A stretch of DNA of 64,000 nt, taken from positions 15,534 to 79,533 of the forward strand of contig CAZALI010000003.1 of NCBI GenBank assembly GCA_964486215.1, in the 5' to 3' direction. The notes under the pieces were generated by a model. That model worked only from the letters and a program-made list of their open reading frames with translations, was not told the origin of the DNA and did no database searches. The first letter of the stretch is position 1, and every line of letters starts with the position of its first letter. Positions 42,156 to 51,829 of the stretch are shown here, piece by piece. Source of the stretch: an uncultured Muribaculaceae bacterium. GTDB lineage: Bacteria > Bacillota_I > Bacilli_A > RF39 > UBA660. Position numbers and translations under genes: made by a program.

Positions 42156-45100
42156 TTATATGTTTCTAAATTTGCTTACTAAGAATATACTTCCCATACT
42201 ACTTACTAATAGTATTATATATGGTAATATATCAAAGAATAATCCTGTAGGAGCTACTTCACTCAAAGTATCAGTAAATGTTGCGGTAGTATCAGAGTTT
42301 AGCGTACCCGAGTCATTTGTCTTTTCTAGACTATATCCATCACTGTCTTGAGTAATTGTATATGTTGAGCCTGTTGGAAAGTATATATCTATATACTGCC
42401 CATGATGTAGTGTGAATGTAGCATTTCCTCCACTAAATGATAGGTTACCAGATTTAGATCCAGTATATGCATATGTACCAGATATAGCATCCTCATTATT
42501 ATCTTTAACATTTATAGTAAATGAGAATTCTTTAGAAGTATCAGCTTGATTTCCTTTTACTGATTCAGTTATTCTTAATTTTGTTCTTGACCAGTACGCA
42601 TAAAGTGTTCCATTTGATGTGAAGTGAGTATTAGAAGCACTAGATGTTAATTTACCAGATGCATCAATATACTTTGTTCCTCCTCCATTTGTCTCTGTAT
42701 AATATCCCATAAATGCATAGCCAGTTTTTGTTGGTACAGTTATACCATTACTAGATGTAGTCATTTGGTTTGTACAAGCTGCTTCTTTATAGTAGCCAAC
42801 TCCATACTTTTCATAAATACTTGCCGTTCCTGCAGTTGTTGCCGACTGATTATTTAAAGTTATGGTATATATATTTACTGAATACTGAGCATAAAGTGTC
42901 CTATCAGCTGTAGTTGCCCATATTATTTCTCCAGTTTCTGAATCTATTGTATAGCCACTAACTATTGGGCTAGCAAATGAACCATTGGCATTTAAAACTT
43001 TAGAGCCTCCACTTTCTGCAGTATACCAGCCATTAAGAGTATATCCTGTCTTACTAACTGATGGTATAGATGTTTCATCTGAATTTCTTATACCACTATA
43101 TACAACTTCAGAACCATATCTAGTATATACTGTTCCTCCGCCTGTTCCTGCATTCGCATTAAAAGTTAGTGTTGCATTATTTATATTAAAGTTAATTGTC
43201 GTTGTACCAGTGTAATAAGCTTTCGTTGTACTATTATATACATTCTTTCCTGTAATAGTTAAAGTGGCTGTACCTACATTTGTATTATTGTTACATGCAT
43301 ACGTATAGTCTGTATTATTAGTTAAAGTAGTTGAGCCATCTTTTACTATTGGAGTTGGACAGTGACTATTTCCATCATAAATATAACTTGTTGTAATAGT
43401 ATTAGATAGTGATGAAACAGCCTTAGACCAATGAGCATATAATGTACCCTCTGATGTAAAGTTAGTGTATGATGCAGATGACGTTAATTTACCAGATGAA
43501 TCTATGTACTTTGTTCCACCACTTGCGCTAGTATAATATCCTCCAAAAGTATAACCTGTTTTAGTTGGGATTGTTATACCATTCGCACTAGTAGTCATTT
43601 GATTTGTACAACTACTCTCTAAATAATATCCTGTAGCATATTTCTCATAGATTGTTGTCGTACCAGCTGTTGTGGCAGACTGATTATCTAGTGTTATTGT
43701 TAATACTTTTGGTGTTGCTCCTCCACTTGTTATAGCCTCATTTACACTTACAGTGAAGGTGCTTCCACTAGCTGTCATTGTCGTAGTACCATGTTTTAAT
43801 GTAGCTGTTCCTTCATATCCCGTATTTATTGTAGATGATGCATATATTGTTACTACATTATTTCCTAATACTACTGGGTTATTTGTAAAGGCTGTGCCAC
43901 TTGATGAGTCCCACTTTGTTGTTAGAGTTGTTCCTGATCCTTGAGACCTTGTTATCGTATAGTAATTTACATCTTTAGTTTGACTTAATCCTGCACCTAT
44001 TGTGTATCCTGTATATACCATTGTTGTTTTGGCTGCGTCACTCTTACCTGCAAATATGTAATATGTCGTTGCTAGTCCACTAAAAGTTGCGGTTGAACCA
44101 CTACTTACTGTTTGAGTATATGAATCAGTTGTTGCAGTTGAACTGGTCCTTAAACTTATTTTTATTCCACTTGCAGACCATGCACTTCCATCTTTCTTTA
44201 TGGTAATGGTTGCAGAGTTCTGTGTTGACGTTCCTGTTAGAGTTGTTGCGGCTCCGACATTCATTGTTGTGGAAGCAGAACTTGTAGAAGCTATGGCACT
44301 TGATGTAGTTGAACTTGACCAACTACTAAATGTATATCCACTACTTGGTGTTCCTACTATTGCATGTATCTTGCTTCCGGTTCCTGTACCTAATGCTACT
44401 ACTGTTCCGCCGTTTGTTACTGAAGTTCCATTGAATGTCATTGTTGTATTTGAAAGTGACATTGTTACTACGTAAAAGTTTATCGTTCCTGTCGCGGCTG
44501 CGGCTCCTGTGAATGACACTCCACTATAAGCCATTGTTGATTTGTGATTTGAGTCTTTTCCTACCCATACGTAATAGGTACTACTTGTACTCATTGCTCC
44601 ACTTATAGCAAGTGTTGATGCTGTTGTCGTTGTTCCAGACCAAGAATTAGAATCTGTTGTTGATGAATTACTTATATGTACTGTATATCCACTACAATCT
44701 GTACATGCTGCACCATTCTTATTTATTGTTAAAGTTACTTTATTCACAGTTGCAGTAGTTGAAAATGTTGTATCACCACCATTACTAGTATTTATAACTT
44801 GATTACTTGTATTTGTTATTGTTGTGCTTCCTCTTTTAACAACTAATGTATTATATCCGGCACTTAATGCTCCTGTTGGATAAACTGATGTACCATCTAA
44901 TACATATGATCCACTAGTTACATTAGCTCCCGTTGTGGAATCTGCTTTAGCTGTTAATGTCGTTCCTGTACCAGCAGATAAAGTTACTTTATAATTTGTT
45001 ATACTTTTACTTGTTGTACTAACATTGCCATCAGAGTCTTTTGCCCAAACATACCAAGTTTCTTTAGCACTTGTACTTACGTCTTTACTTGTAGATGTTG

Positions 45101-47510
45101 TCCATCCTGATGCAGATGCATCTGGAGTTGTTGATGATGTACTTACGTAATATGCTGCTGCACCACTAGCAGAATACGTAAATGTATTATAGTCACTTCG
45201 TGTTAACGTAAATGTGGATGGAGTATAGTTCCATTGTGCATAAACAGTTAAATTGGATGCTCCAATCCATACTGGTAAATTGCCATATGCTGCTGTTGTT
45301 TCGGTAAAAGTATTTGACGTAACATAGCTATAAGTAAAAGGTATTGTTGATACACTTGTCCAACCATTTCCATTCCAGCGATAACAAGAACTTAAACTAT
45401 TATTGTATACATAAACAATATATAATTCTCCATTATATGATACTGGCCTATGTAACGAACTATACGCGCTATCTCTTTCGTCCCATATATTGGTCCACGA
45501 TGAACCATTCCAATAGTCTATTCCAAAATAATCATGTTCACCACTAGCTGTATCATAATAGTATCCATAGTAGTAAGTTCCATTGTGTATTGTCACATCT
45601 CCTCCAGAACCACTACCAGTGTGTACTGTTGGAACAGTTCCACTACTACTCCAATATGTCCCTGTTATAGCTGTGCCCGAGGAATTAAATACCTGTGTCC
45701 CACCACTAGTTGCTGTCCACCAGCCATTGAATGTATGATTATTATCCATGGTAGCAACACCTGGGTTATTATTAATATTTATATTATATGCAACACCTTT
45801 GGTACTTGTGCTTGTTGTATTTTGAAATGTGCCACCATTTGGATTAAATGTTACTGTGTATTGATTAGGTATCCATCTAGCTGTTACTGTCAAATTGCTT
45901 GTATATTTCCACGCAGTGTCTCCACTTTCATACAAAAACGTTAAATCACGTTGATTTTGTCCACTTTGTCCACCTTCAGTAGAATAGAAAACTAGAGCAT
46001 AGTAACGGCCATTAACCATAGTTGTAAATGTTTGCTGATCATAATATGTACATGGGTTGCTTCCATTTGGTGAAGTCGTTGTTGTTGTAGATTCTACTTC
46101 TGTCAAAAAATCACTACTAACTAATAAACTACTCCAGCCTGATCCTTGCCATTGGTATGCTTGGCTTTGTCCTGGCTTATATGCTACCAAGTGATTGGTA
46201 TTTGTGGATCCTTCGTGATACCAGCCAATTTTATATCCCTCTACAACTGAGTCCTCTACATCATATATTAGATTCCAACCTGATGTTGCTGTAGTATTCC
46301 AAAATGTTCCGTTTACAGCAACTCCAGATGCATCAAATACTTGGTATTTACTGTAGTACCATCCTTGGAAAGTATATCCTGTACGTGTTGGTACACCTGG
46401 TGCGCTATTTGTTCCTGAATCATACGTTACTGTTTTTGTACTAGTACTTGTTGTACCTTGAAATGTTCCACCATTTGGATTAAATGTTACTGTGTAATCA
46501 TTTGGATCATAATCAGCATAAAGTGTTACTGAGGCATCTGCACTATCTATATTTGTACTTGTAGCAGTTGCTAATGTTTTGCCAGTGTAAGAAGTAGTAG
46601 ATGATAGTAATGTTCCTGTTGCACTTCCTACATGCCACTTGTTATTACCGTGATATCCTGTTTTTGTAAGTCCATTATTCTCTGCTAATCCTGAGGAATA
46701 CGTATCACTATAATTAAAAGTATCTGAGCTTGGAGTTGTTCCACTACCACCATTAGCATTATAATTTACTGTTAAGGCTGTTTGTGCATATGTCATATTC
46801 CAATGTTGAGAACCATTGCCAACATTATAGATTGGAGATGATCCTGTTGAACGTATATGTAATGAAGCATTATTTACTGATAAATAGCATTTTTTAGTTT
46901 GACCACCTTGAGCATAATTTGTTAAAGTATTATCTCCTCCTGTACCTGTTGCTGTATAACAGTACATATGTGGATTTGTATCACAATCGCTTGAGTGTGC
47001 TCTTGCTGTAAGTTTTTGTCCAGCTGGGATAACTAATTCTACTGGAATATTTTTTAAGTATATATATGAACTATTTGTCTCACCATCACCACGGGTTTTA
47101 TTAGTAGAATAACCTGTTGAAGATAAGGCAGTTATTGTTCCAGCTGCTATACTTCCACTGCCGCCACTACTATTTAGTGATATTGCTACATTAACTGTCT
47201 TAGAATTATTAGTAACAAAATTGCTCCAGTAAGTCGTGTTTGTGGTACTACTACCACTCCATGATGGAGAAGCCCAAGTACCTTGTACTTTATATTCATT
47301 ATAATTACCATCTGGTCCTGTTACTCTTATAAGAGCATATCCCGTAGTATAAAGTGTATTTGATGATATTGAAGTACATGTTCCAGCTGAAGCTGGATTT
47401 GCCATTGAGTATGCTACTAAAGAAATTGAAGCAACCAAAAACATAGCTAAAAATAATTTTAACTTGGTTAATTCTTTATATATAAATTTAGAACTATAAT
47501 TATGTTTCAA
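42156..47510 (-). CDS. Giant surface protein 2 (1784 aa), paralog of giant 1 with an extra central repeat block
   Basis: TTG start with RBS AGGAAGGA. The N-terminal ~90 aa and C-terminal ~140 aa are clearly homologous to giant 1. The same GYTFxGWY repeat units occur. A giant-2-specific Thr/Ser-rich Ig-like block lies at about nt 43900-45200. The C-terminus is VAPTGLFFD, a TM and SKFRNI. Confidence 0.8.
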   Translation of the reverse strand: MKHNYSSKFIYKELTKLKLFLAMFLVASISLVAYSMANPASAGTCTSISSNTLYTTGYALIRVTGPDGNYNEYKVQGTWASPSWSGSSTTNTTYWSNFVTNNSKTVNVAISLNSSGGSGSIAAGTITALSSTGYSTNKTRGDGETNSSYIYLKNIPVELVIPAGQKLTARAHSSDCDTNPHMYCYTATGTGGDNTLTNYAQGGQTKKCYLSVNNASLHIRSTGSSPIYNVGNGSQHWNMTYAQTALTVNYNANGGSGTTPSSDTFNYSDTYSSGLAENNGLTKTGYHGNNKWHVGSATGTLLSSTTSYTGKTLATATSTNIDSADASVTLYADYDPNDYTVTFNPNGGTFQGTTSTSTKTVTYDSGTNSAPGVPTRTGYTFQGWYYSKYQVFDASGVAVNGTFWNTTATSGWNLIYDVEDSVVEGYKIGWYHEGSTNTNHLVAYKPGQSQAYQWQGSGWSSLLVSSDFLTEVESTTTTTSPNGSNPCTYYDQQTFTTMVNGRYYALVFYSTEGGQSGQNQRDLTFLYESGDTAWKYTSNLTVTARWIPNQYTVTFNPNGGTFQNTTSTSTKGVAYNININNNPGVATMDNNHTFNGWWTATSGGTQVFNSSGTAITGTYWSSSGTVPTVHTGSGSGGDVTIHNGTYYYGYYYDTASGEHDYFGIDYWNGSSWTNIWDERDSAYSSLHRPVSYNGELYIVYVYNNSLSSCYRWNGNGWTSVSTIPFTYSYVTSNTFTETTAAYGNLPVWIGASNLTVYAQWNYTPSTFTLTRSDYNTFTYSASGAAAYYVSTSSTTPDASASGWTTSTSKDVSTSAKETWYVWAKDSDGNVSTTSKSITNYKVTLSAGTGTTLTAKADSTTGANVTSGSYVLDGTSVYPTGALSAGYNTLVVKRGSTTITNTSNQVINTSNGGDTTFSTTATVNKVTLTINKNGAACTDCSGYTVHISNSSTTDSNSWSGTTTTASTLAISGAMSTSSTYYVWVGKDSNHKSTMAYSGVSFTGAAAATGTINFYVVTMSLSNTTMTFNGTSVTNGGTVVALGTGTGSKIHAIVGTPSSGYTFSSWSSSTTSSAIASTSSASTTMNVGAATTLTGTSTQNSATITIKKDGSAWSASGIKISLRTSSTATTDSYTQTVSSGSTATFSGLATTYYIFAGKSDAAKTTMVYTGYTIGAGLSQTKDVNYYTITRSQGSGTTLTTKWDSSSGTAFTNNPVVLGNNVVTIYASSTINTGYEGTATLKHGTTTMTASGSTFTVSVNEAITSGGATPKVLTITLDNQSATTAGTTTIYEKYATGYYLESSCTNQMTTSANGITIPTKTGYTFGGYYTSASGGTKYIDSSGKLTSSASYTNFTSEGTLYAHWSKAVSSLSNTITTSYIYDGNSHCPTPIVKDGSTTLTNNTDYTYACNNNTNVGTATLTITGKNVYNSTTKAYYTGTTTINFNINNATLTFNANAGTGGGTVYTRYGSEVVYSGIRNSDETSIPSVSKTGYTLNGWYTAESGGSKVLNANGSFASPIVSGYTIDSETGEIIWATTADRTLYAQYSVNIYTITLNNQSATTAGTASIYEKYGVGYYKEAACTNQMTTSSNGITVPTKTGYAFMGYYTETNGGGTKYIDASGKLTSSASNTHFTSNGTLYAYWSRTKLRITESVKGNQADTSKEFSFTINVKDNNEDAISGTYAYTGSKSGNLSFSGGNATFTLHHGQYIDIYFPTGSTYTITQDSDGYSLEKTNDSGTLNSDTTATFTDTLSEVAPTGLFFDILPYIILLVSSMGSIFLVSKFRNI

Positions 47511-47580
47511 TTTACTTATCTATCCTTCCTATCTTCTCAATTTTATTATAACAGAATTCAATATGAATTTGAACATAAAA

Positions 47581-47606
47581 AAAGAATTATCTTTCGATAA
47601 TTCTCT
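47581..47606 (-). terminator. Terminator hairpin T4 (same family)
   Basis: Stem AAAGAATTATC/GATAATTCTCT with loop TTTC identical to T3. The one mismatch is a G-U pair only on the minus strand. It lies just after the 176-aa gene stop. Confidence 0.75.
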
Positions 47607-47607
47607 T

Positions 47608-48138
47608 TTATTTTTTAAATAGATTTTTTATAAATATATAAGCTGTTTGTATCCTACTTCTAAGATTATTACTTATACTTGGAATAATCCAGATAAATAC
47701 TACAAATAGTAACCATATTAGACTTTGGAGATCTCCTCTTAAGAGAGATTTTATTCCATATATTACTAGTAATATTGTGATTATAAAGACTATTAATAAT
47801 ACTAGAATATTTAATATATTTGAACCTATTTTTTTATTTTCAAAAGATATGTTTTTCTTCTTTAAAAAGTTATCTGCTCTTAATTTAAATTTATTATATC
47901 TCTCTTCTATTTCTTCTATATTCATATCTTTATTTGGAGAATATTCATCTCCTCTCATAATGATATGTCCATCTTCTTTTATAGTAACATCTATTGTTTT
48001 ATAGTTGTCTAGAGAAAACTTTATACCAAATTCTTCTCCTAACATGGCTATTACTTTATTACGACATTTATTAGAAATAAAAGCAGATTCATTTATATAG
48101 TCTTTTAATTCATTATTAATATCATCTAATTTACTCAT
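47608..48138 (-). CDS. Hypothetical membrane protein
   Basis: 176 aa with a soluble N-terminal ~100 aa followed by two TMs. No family recognised. Confidence 0.5.
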   Translation of the reverse strand: MSKLDDINNELKDYINESAFISNKCRNKVIAMLGEEFGIKFSLDNYKTIDVTIKEDGHIIMRGDEYSPNKDMNIEEIEERYNKFKLRADNFLKKKNISFENKKIGSNILNILVLLIVFIITILLVIYGIKSLLRGDLQSLIWLLFVVFIWIIPSISNNLRSRIQTAYIFIKNLFKK

Positions 48139-48149
48139 ATTACACCTAA

Positions 48150-48872
48150 TTATTCTTCTTTTAAATTATAATAAACGTCTTGTACATCATCTAGGTCTTC
48201 TAATGTATCTACTAGTTTATGAATCTTTTCTACTCCTTCTTCATCTAGTTCTACTTCTGTATTTGGTACATAAGTTAAAGTACAGTTTTCAAATTCTTTT
48301 ACTCCCGCTGCTTCTAGAGCATCTCTTACTTTAGTAAATGATTCTTGATCAGTAGTTATTTCATAGGTATTATCTATATGCTCAAAGTCATCAGCGCCTG
48401 CATCAAGAGCTGTCATCATCATTTCATCTTCATCGTAAGCATCAGCTATAACAATTGATCCTTTTCTTTCAAACATATATGATACGGAACCAGCTGTACC
48501 TAGATTACCTCCGGCTCTTTGGAATGCATTTCTTACCATAGGAGCTGTTCTATTACGATTATCTGTTAAACAATCAACCATGAAAGCTACTCCATCACAT
48601 CCATAACCTTCATATCTTATTTGTTCATAGTTTGCTCCATCTGCTGCGCCACTGGCTTTCTTAATAGCATTTTCTATATTATCTTTAGGCATATTAGCAC
48701 TTTTAGCTTTATCTACAGCTAAACGAAGTGATGCATTTTCATTAGGATCTGGACTTCCTCCTCTTGCAGCTACCATTATTTCTTTAGCTAACTTTTGAAA
48801 AACTTTTCCTCTTTGAGCATCAATTAATCCTTTTTTTCTATGGATTGTAGCCCATTTAGAATGTCCACTCAT
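48150..48872 (-). CDS. yebC: YebC/PmpR family DNA-binding transcriptional regulator
   Basis: MSGHSKWATIHRKKG... and the full YebC fold pattern. Start at ATG 48870-48872 behind AGGAG; the track's upstream extension is spurious. Confidence 0.9.
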   Translation of the reverse strand: MSGHSKWATIHRKKGLIDAQRGKVFQKLAKEIMVAARGGSPDPNENASLRLAVDKAKSANMPKDNIENAIKKASGAADGANYEQIRYEGYGCDGVAFMVDCLTDNRNRTAPMVRNAFQRAGGNLGTAGSVSYMFERKGSIVIADAYDEDEMMMTALDAGADDFEHIDNTYEITTDQESFTKVRDALEAAGVKEFENCTLTYVPNTEVELDEEGVEKIHKLVDTLEDLDDVQDVYYNLKEE

Positions 48873-48965
48873 TATAATCACTCCTTTTCTCTTATATATA
48901 TTAACATAAAATGGTCTCATATTAAACTTTTATTTATAATATGTTATAATTATTTTGGTGATTTT

Positions 48966-49289
48966 ATGTATATAAAAGTTAATAATAAGAAATTAAACTT
49001 AGTTGAACTTAAAACTTTTAAAGAAAGATTTAAGAGTTTAAAGTTTAATTTTGAAACTTTAAATTATGCCATTAAGTTTCCTAATAAGAGAATTCTTAAT
49101 ACCATATTCTTTGTTCAAAAAGTAGATGTTATGATTACTGATAAAGATGATAAAATAATATATTTAAAAAAGAATGTTAGGTCTGAGAAATACTTTATTC
49201 ATAAGCGTGGTGGTAAAGATATTTATATATTACCTCTTGGCACAATTGATAAATTAAATATAGGCAAAAAAATAAATAGCTATGATTAG
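48966..49289 (+). CDS. DUF192 domain protein
   Basis: 107 aa from the internal ATG (MYIKVNNKK...). The pattern FKSLKF..ILNTIFFVQKVDVMITDKDDKIIY...IYILPLG fits DUF192. This is the only conventional plus-strand gene in the window. Confidence 0.5.
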   Translation: MYIKVNNKKLNLVELKTFKERFKSLKFNFETLNYAIKFPNKRILNTIFFVQKVDVMITDKDDKIIYLKKNVRSEKYFIHKRGGKDIYILPLGTIDKLNIGKKINSYD

Positions 49290-50099
49290 CTATTTATTTT
49301 TATTCATATCTCTATAGTACAAATTCTTTTCTACTACTCTTTTTACATCTTCAGCATTAAATGGTTTAGTTAGCATATCTACAATACCATAAGTAAAAGC
49401 TCTATCAATAGTTTCTTTTGATGAATCTCCAGTTATAATTGATACTGGTGATTTTTTAAGCAAGTCTTTTTCTTTCATATAATCTAGTACTTTAAAGCCA
49501 CTTACTTTTGGCATATTTAAGTCTAATAGTATAGTTACTATTTTGTCATTTTCACTATTGGCTTTTAGTATATTAATTGCTTCTTCTCCATTTTCAGCTA
49601 TACCGATAGAATACTTATCACTAAATATTCTACTAACGAAATTTCTAACAATATTAGAATCATCTACTACTAGTATTGTTTCTTTTTTGTATATAGGTGC
49701 ATTTATGGTCATCTCTTCTTTTGGAGTAGATGTTTTATTATCATCTGATAAATATTCTTTTACTAAATTCTTAGATTTTGATACTAGAGTTTCTAATTCA
49801 TTAAAATGTTCAGTAATGTAGTAAGCATCATTAGATTTAGCTTTTAATTCTTGAGCATAGGCTACATCTGCTAAAGCAGTAAAACCAAAATATTTAGCAT
49901 CACTTTTTAGTGAATGAACAAAGATGGCATAGTTTTGCATGTCATTATTGTTTTTATACTTAGCTAATTTCTTTATTTTAGAATCTATACCAGTTAGAAA
50001 TTCTCCTATGGTATCGTTATAAGTATTAATATCTCCAAATATTTCTAAACTCTTGTCTATGTCAACCCCATTGGATTTTAAAAACTCTATATCCTTCAT
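49290..50099 (-). CDS. Hpt-receiver fusion protein (histidine phosphotransfer domain plus CheY-like REC, no output domain)
   Basis: The N-terminal four-helix region has the Hpt motif VHSLKSDAKYFGF. The C-terminal REC has ILVVDDS...LLDLNMPKVSG...TKP. Start at MKDIEF after RBS GAGGTG. Confidence 0.7.
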   Translation of the reverse strand: MKDIEFLKSNGVDIDKSLEIFGDINTYNDTIGEFLTGIDSKIKKLAKYKNNNDMQNYAIFVHSLKSDAKYFGFTALADVAYAQELKAKSNDAYYITEHFNELETLVSKSKNLVKEYLSDDNKTSTPKEEMTINAPIYKKETILVVDDSNIVRNFVSRIFSDKYSIGIAENGEEAINILKANSENDKIVTILLDLNMPKVSGFKVLDYMKEKDLLKKSPVSIITGDSSKETIDRAFTYGIVDMLTKPFNAEDVKRVVEKNLYYRDMNKNK

Positions 50100-50148
50100 A
50101 TCACACCTCAACTATTATAATTATATCATAATTATTTAAAATTTATAA

Positions 50149-51411
50149 CTAATCTTTAAAATCAAAGTAAAAATCTAAAATACGTACTTTATCTCCTTCT
50201 TCAGCACCAAGTTCTCTTAATTTATCATCTACTCCCATTTTAGATAATCTATGAGCAAATCTATAAATATCTTCATCACTTTCAAACTTGGTCATTTTAA
50301 ACATTTCTTCTACTTTATCTCCATATAAGTGCCAACAATCATCTTCTTTTTCTATATAGAATGGTTCTTCTTTGACGTATGTATATTCTTTGTGAGTAGT
50401 TTCAGTTGTATTTTTAACTGTAGGTATTTCATCTAACATAGATGATAGTTTATCTACTACTTTGTCTAAGCCTTCTCCTTTAATGGCACTTACTTCAAAG
50501 ATTGGAATATCTTTTACTTTAGTCTTAAACTCTTTTAAGTTAGTTTCAAACTCTGGCATATCACTTTTATTCGCAATTATTATTTGTGGTTTATCTAGTA
50601 GTTTTTTATCAAATTCTTCTAACTCTTTGTTGATTAAGACATAGTCTTCATATGGATTTCTTCCTTCAGTAGATGCCATATCAATTACATGAGCTATGAT
50701 TTTAGTTCTTTCAATATGTTTTAAGAATTTATCTCCTAATCCTTGACCAGTACTGGCACCTTCTATAAGTCCTGGTAAATCAGCCATTACAAATGATTTA
50801 TCTTTGGCTTTTACTACTCCTAAGTTAGGAGTCATAGTAGTAAAGTGATAAGCGGCTATCTTTGGGTGAGATGCAGATAACTTAGATATAATAGTACTCT
50901 TACCTACACTTGGTAATCCTACTAATCCAACATCAGCTAGTAGTTTTAGTTCTACTTTTATCTTTTTATGTTCTCCTTCTTCACCATTTTCAGAATAGTC
51001 TGGAGCAGTATTAGTTTTTGTCTTTAGAGAAGTATTTCCTCTTCCTCCTCTTCCTCCTTTAGCAATTACTTTACTTTCACCATTATTTACGATATCAGCA
51101 ATTACACTATTGTCTTTTAAGTCTGTTACGACTGTTCCTAGAGGTACTTTTACAATTAAGTCTTTTGCACTTGCTCCATCTTTATTCTTACCTTCACCAT
51201 TAGCACCTTTATCAGCTTTATATATTTTTTGATAACGTAGATCAAGTAATGTATTTAGGCCAGAGTCACCAACAAAGATGATATCTCCACCTTTGCCACC
51301 ATCTCCACCGAATGGTCCTCCCATAGGTACAAATTTTTCACGACGAAAAGCGGTACATCCATTACCACCATTTCCAGCAATTACTTCTATTTCTACTTCA
51401 TCTACAAACAT
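50149..51411 (-). CDS. obg: GTPase Obg/CgtA
   Basis: 420 aa with the Gly-rich Obg fold (GNGGNGCTAFRREKF), G-domain motifs GLPSVGKST, DLPGLIEGA and NKSD, and a TGS-like C-terminus. Confidence 0.95.
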   Translation of the reverse strand: MFVDEVEIEVIAGNGGNGCTAFRREKFVPMGGPFGGDGGKGGDIIFVGDSGLNTLLDLRYQKIYKADKGANGEGKNKDGASAKDLIVKVPLGTVVTDLKDNSVIADIVNNGESKVIAKGGRGGRGNTSLKTKTNTAPDYSENGEEGEHKKIKVELKLLADVGLVGLPSVGKSTIISKLSASHPKIAAYHFTTMTPNLGVVKAKDKSFVMADLPGLIEGASTGQGLGDKFLKHIERTKIIAHVIDMASTEGRNPYEDYVLINKELEEFDKKLLDKPQIIIANKSDMPEFETNLKEFKTKVKDIPIFEVSAIKGEGLDKVVDKLSSMLDEIPTVKNTTETTHKEYTYVKEEPFYIEKEDDCWHLYGDKVEEMFKMTKFESDEDIYRFAHRLSKMGVDDKLRELGAEEGDKVRILDFYFDFKD

Positions 51412-51429
51412 GTTATCACTCCTAGTTTT

Positions 51430-51438
51430 ATTATACCA
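51430..51438 (-). promoter_or_regulatory. Extended -10 element for obg
   Basis: On the minus strand, TGgTATAAT about 20 nt upstream of the obg RBS AGGAG. The -35 is weak. Confidence 0.45.
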
Positions 51439-51503
51439 AAAAAATAAAAAATATAAAGTTATATTTTTTATAATTTATTTATTGAAATAATTAATAAATA
51501 TTA

Positions 51504-51532
51504 TTGTTTATCAAACATACTTTTGTTATAAT
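51504..51532 (+). promoter_or_regulatory. Plus-strand promoter for the hydrophobic mini-ORF
   Basis: TTGTTT (51504-51509), a 17-nt spacer, then extended -10 TGtTATAAT (51524-51532). Confidence 0.55.
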
Positions 51533-51592
51533 CAATTTGGAACACTTAACAGTGGGTGGTGCCTTCAGCATTATAAGACTGGAGGTGATATT

Positions 51593-51676
51593 ATGAGTAA
51601 AAAAGATTCTTTAATCTTTTCACTACTTTTTATCATAATCCTACTTATAATATTACTATTTGTAATATTTATGTAA
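51593..51676 (+). CDS. 27-aa hydrophobic peptide, candidate type I toxin or small membrane protein
   Basis: MSKKDSLIFSLLFIIILLIILLFVIFM*. Consensus RBS GGAGGTGA lies 5 nt upstream of the ATG. There is a dedicated promoter and opposing sRNA-like units. The ORF is below the track's length cutoff. Confidence 0.5.
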   Translation: MSKKDSLIFSLLFIIILLIILLFVIFM

Positions 51677-51776
51677 GAAAAACCACCTAACTCAGCATTG
51701 AATTAGGTGGCCACCATTAATTTGGCACCACTCAACATTGCAAATCAAGTGTTCATTTTGTAATTAAATTACATAC
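51677..51776 (-). ncRNA. Candidate antisense sRNA, copy 1
   Basis: Minus-strand unit containing a palindrome (51759-51773), a hairpin CACUUGA...UUGAGUG that closes with G-U pairs only on the minus strand, and a terminator stem CCACCTAA/TTAGGTGG (51683-51710) plus UUUUU. The terminator tail ends 1 nt past the mini-ORF stop codon (51674-51676). Confidence 0.5.
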
Positions 51777-51778
51777 TT

Positions 51779-51807
51779 ATATTAGCATATATCTAACTAT
51801 TTTTCAA
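51779..51807 (-). promoter_or_regulatory. Promoter of sRNA copy 1
   Basis: On the minus strand, TTGAAA (51802-51807), a 17-nt spacer, then TGcTAATAT (51779-51787). Confidence 0.55.
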
Positions 51808-51829
51808 TATTTGCATAATATTTAATACT

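Noticed and set aside
49284-49295. Convergent DUF192 and Hpt-REC genes whose stop codons abut as the palindrome TAGCTA with no intergenic space.
   Set aside because: This is real but probably just tight packing. No hairpin or other signal beyond the 6-nt palindrome is present.
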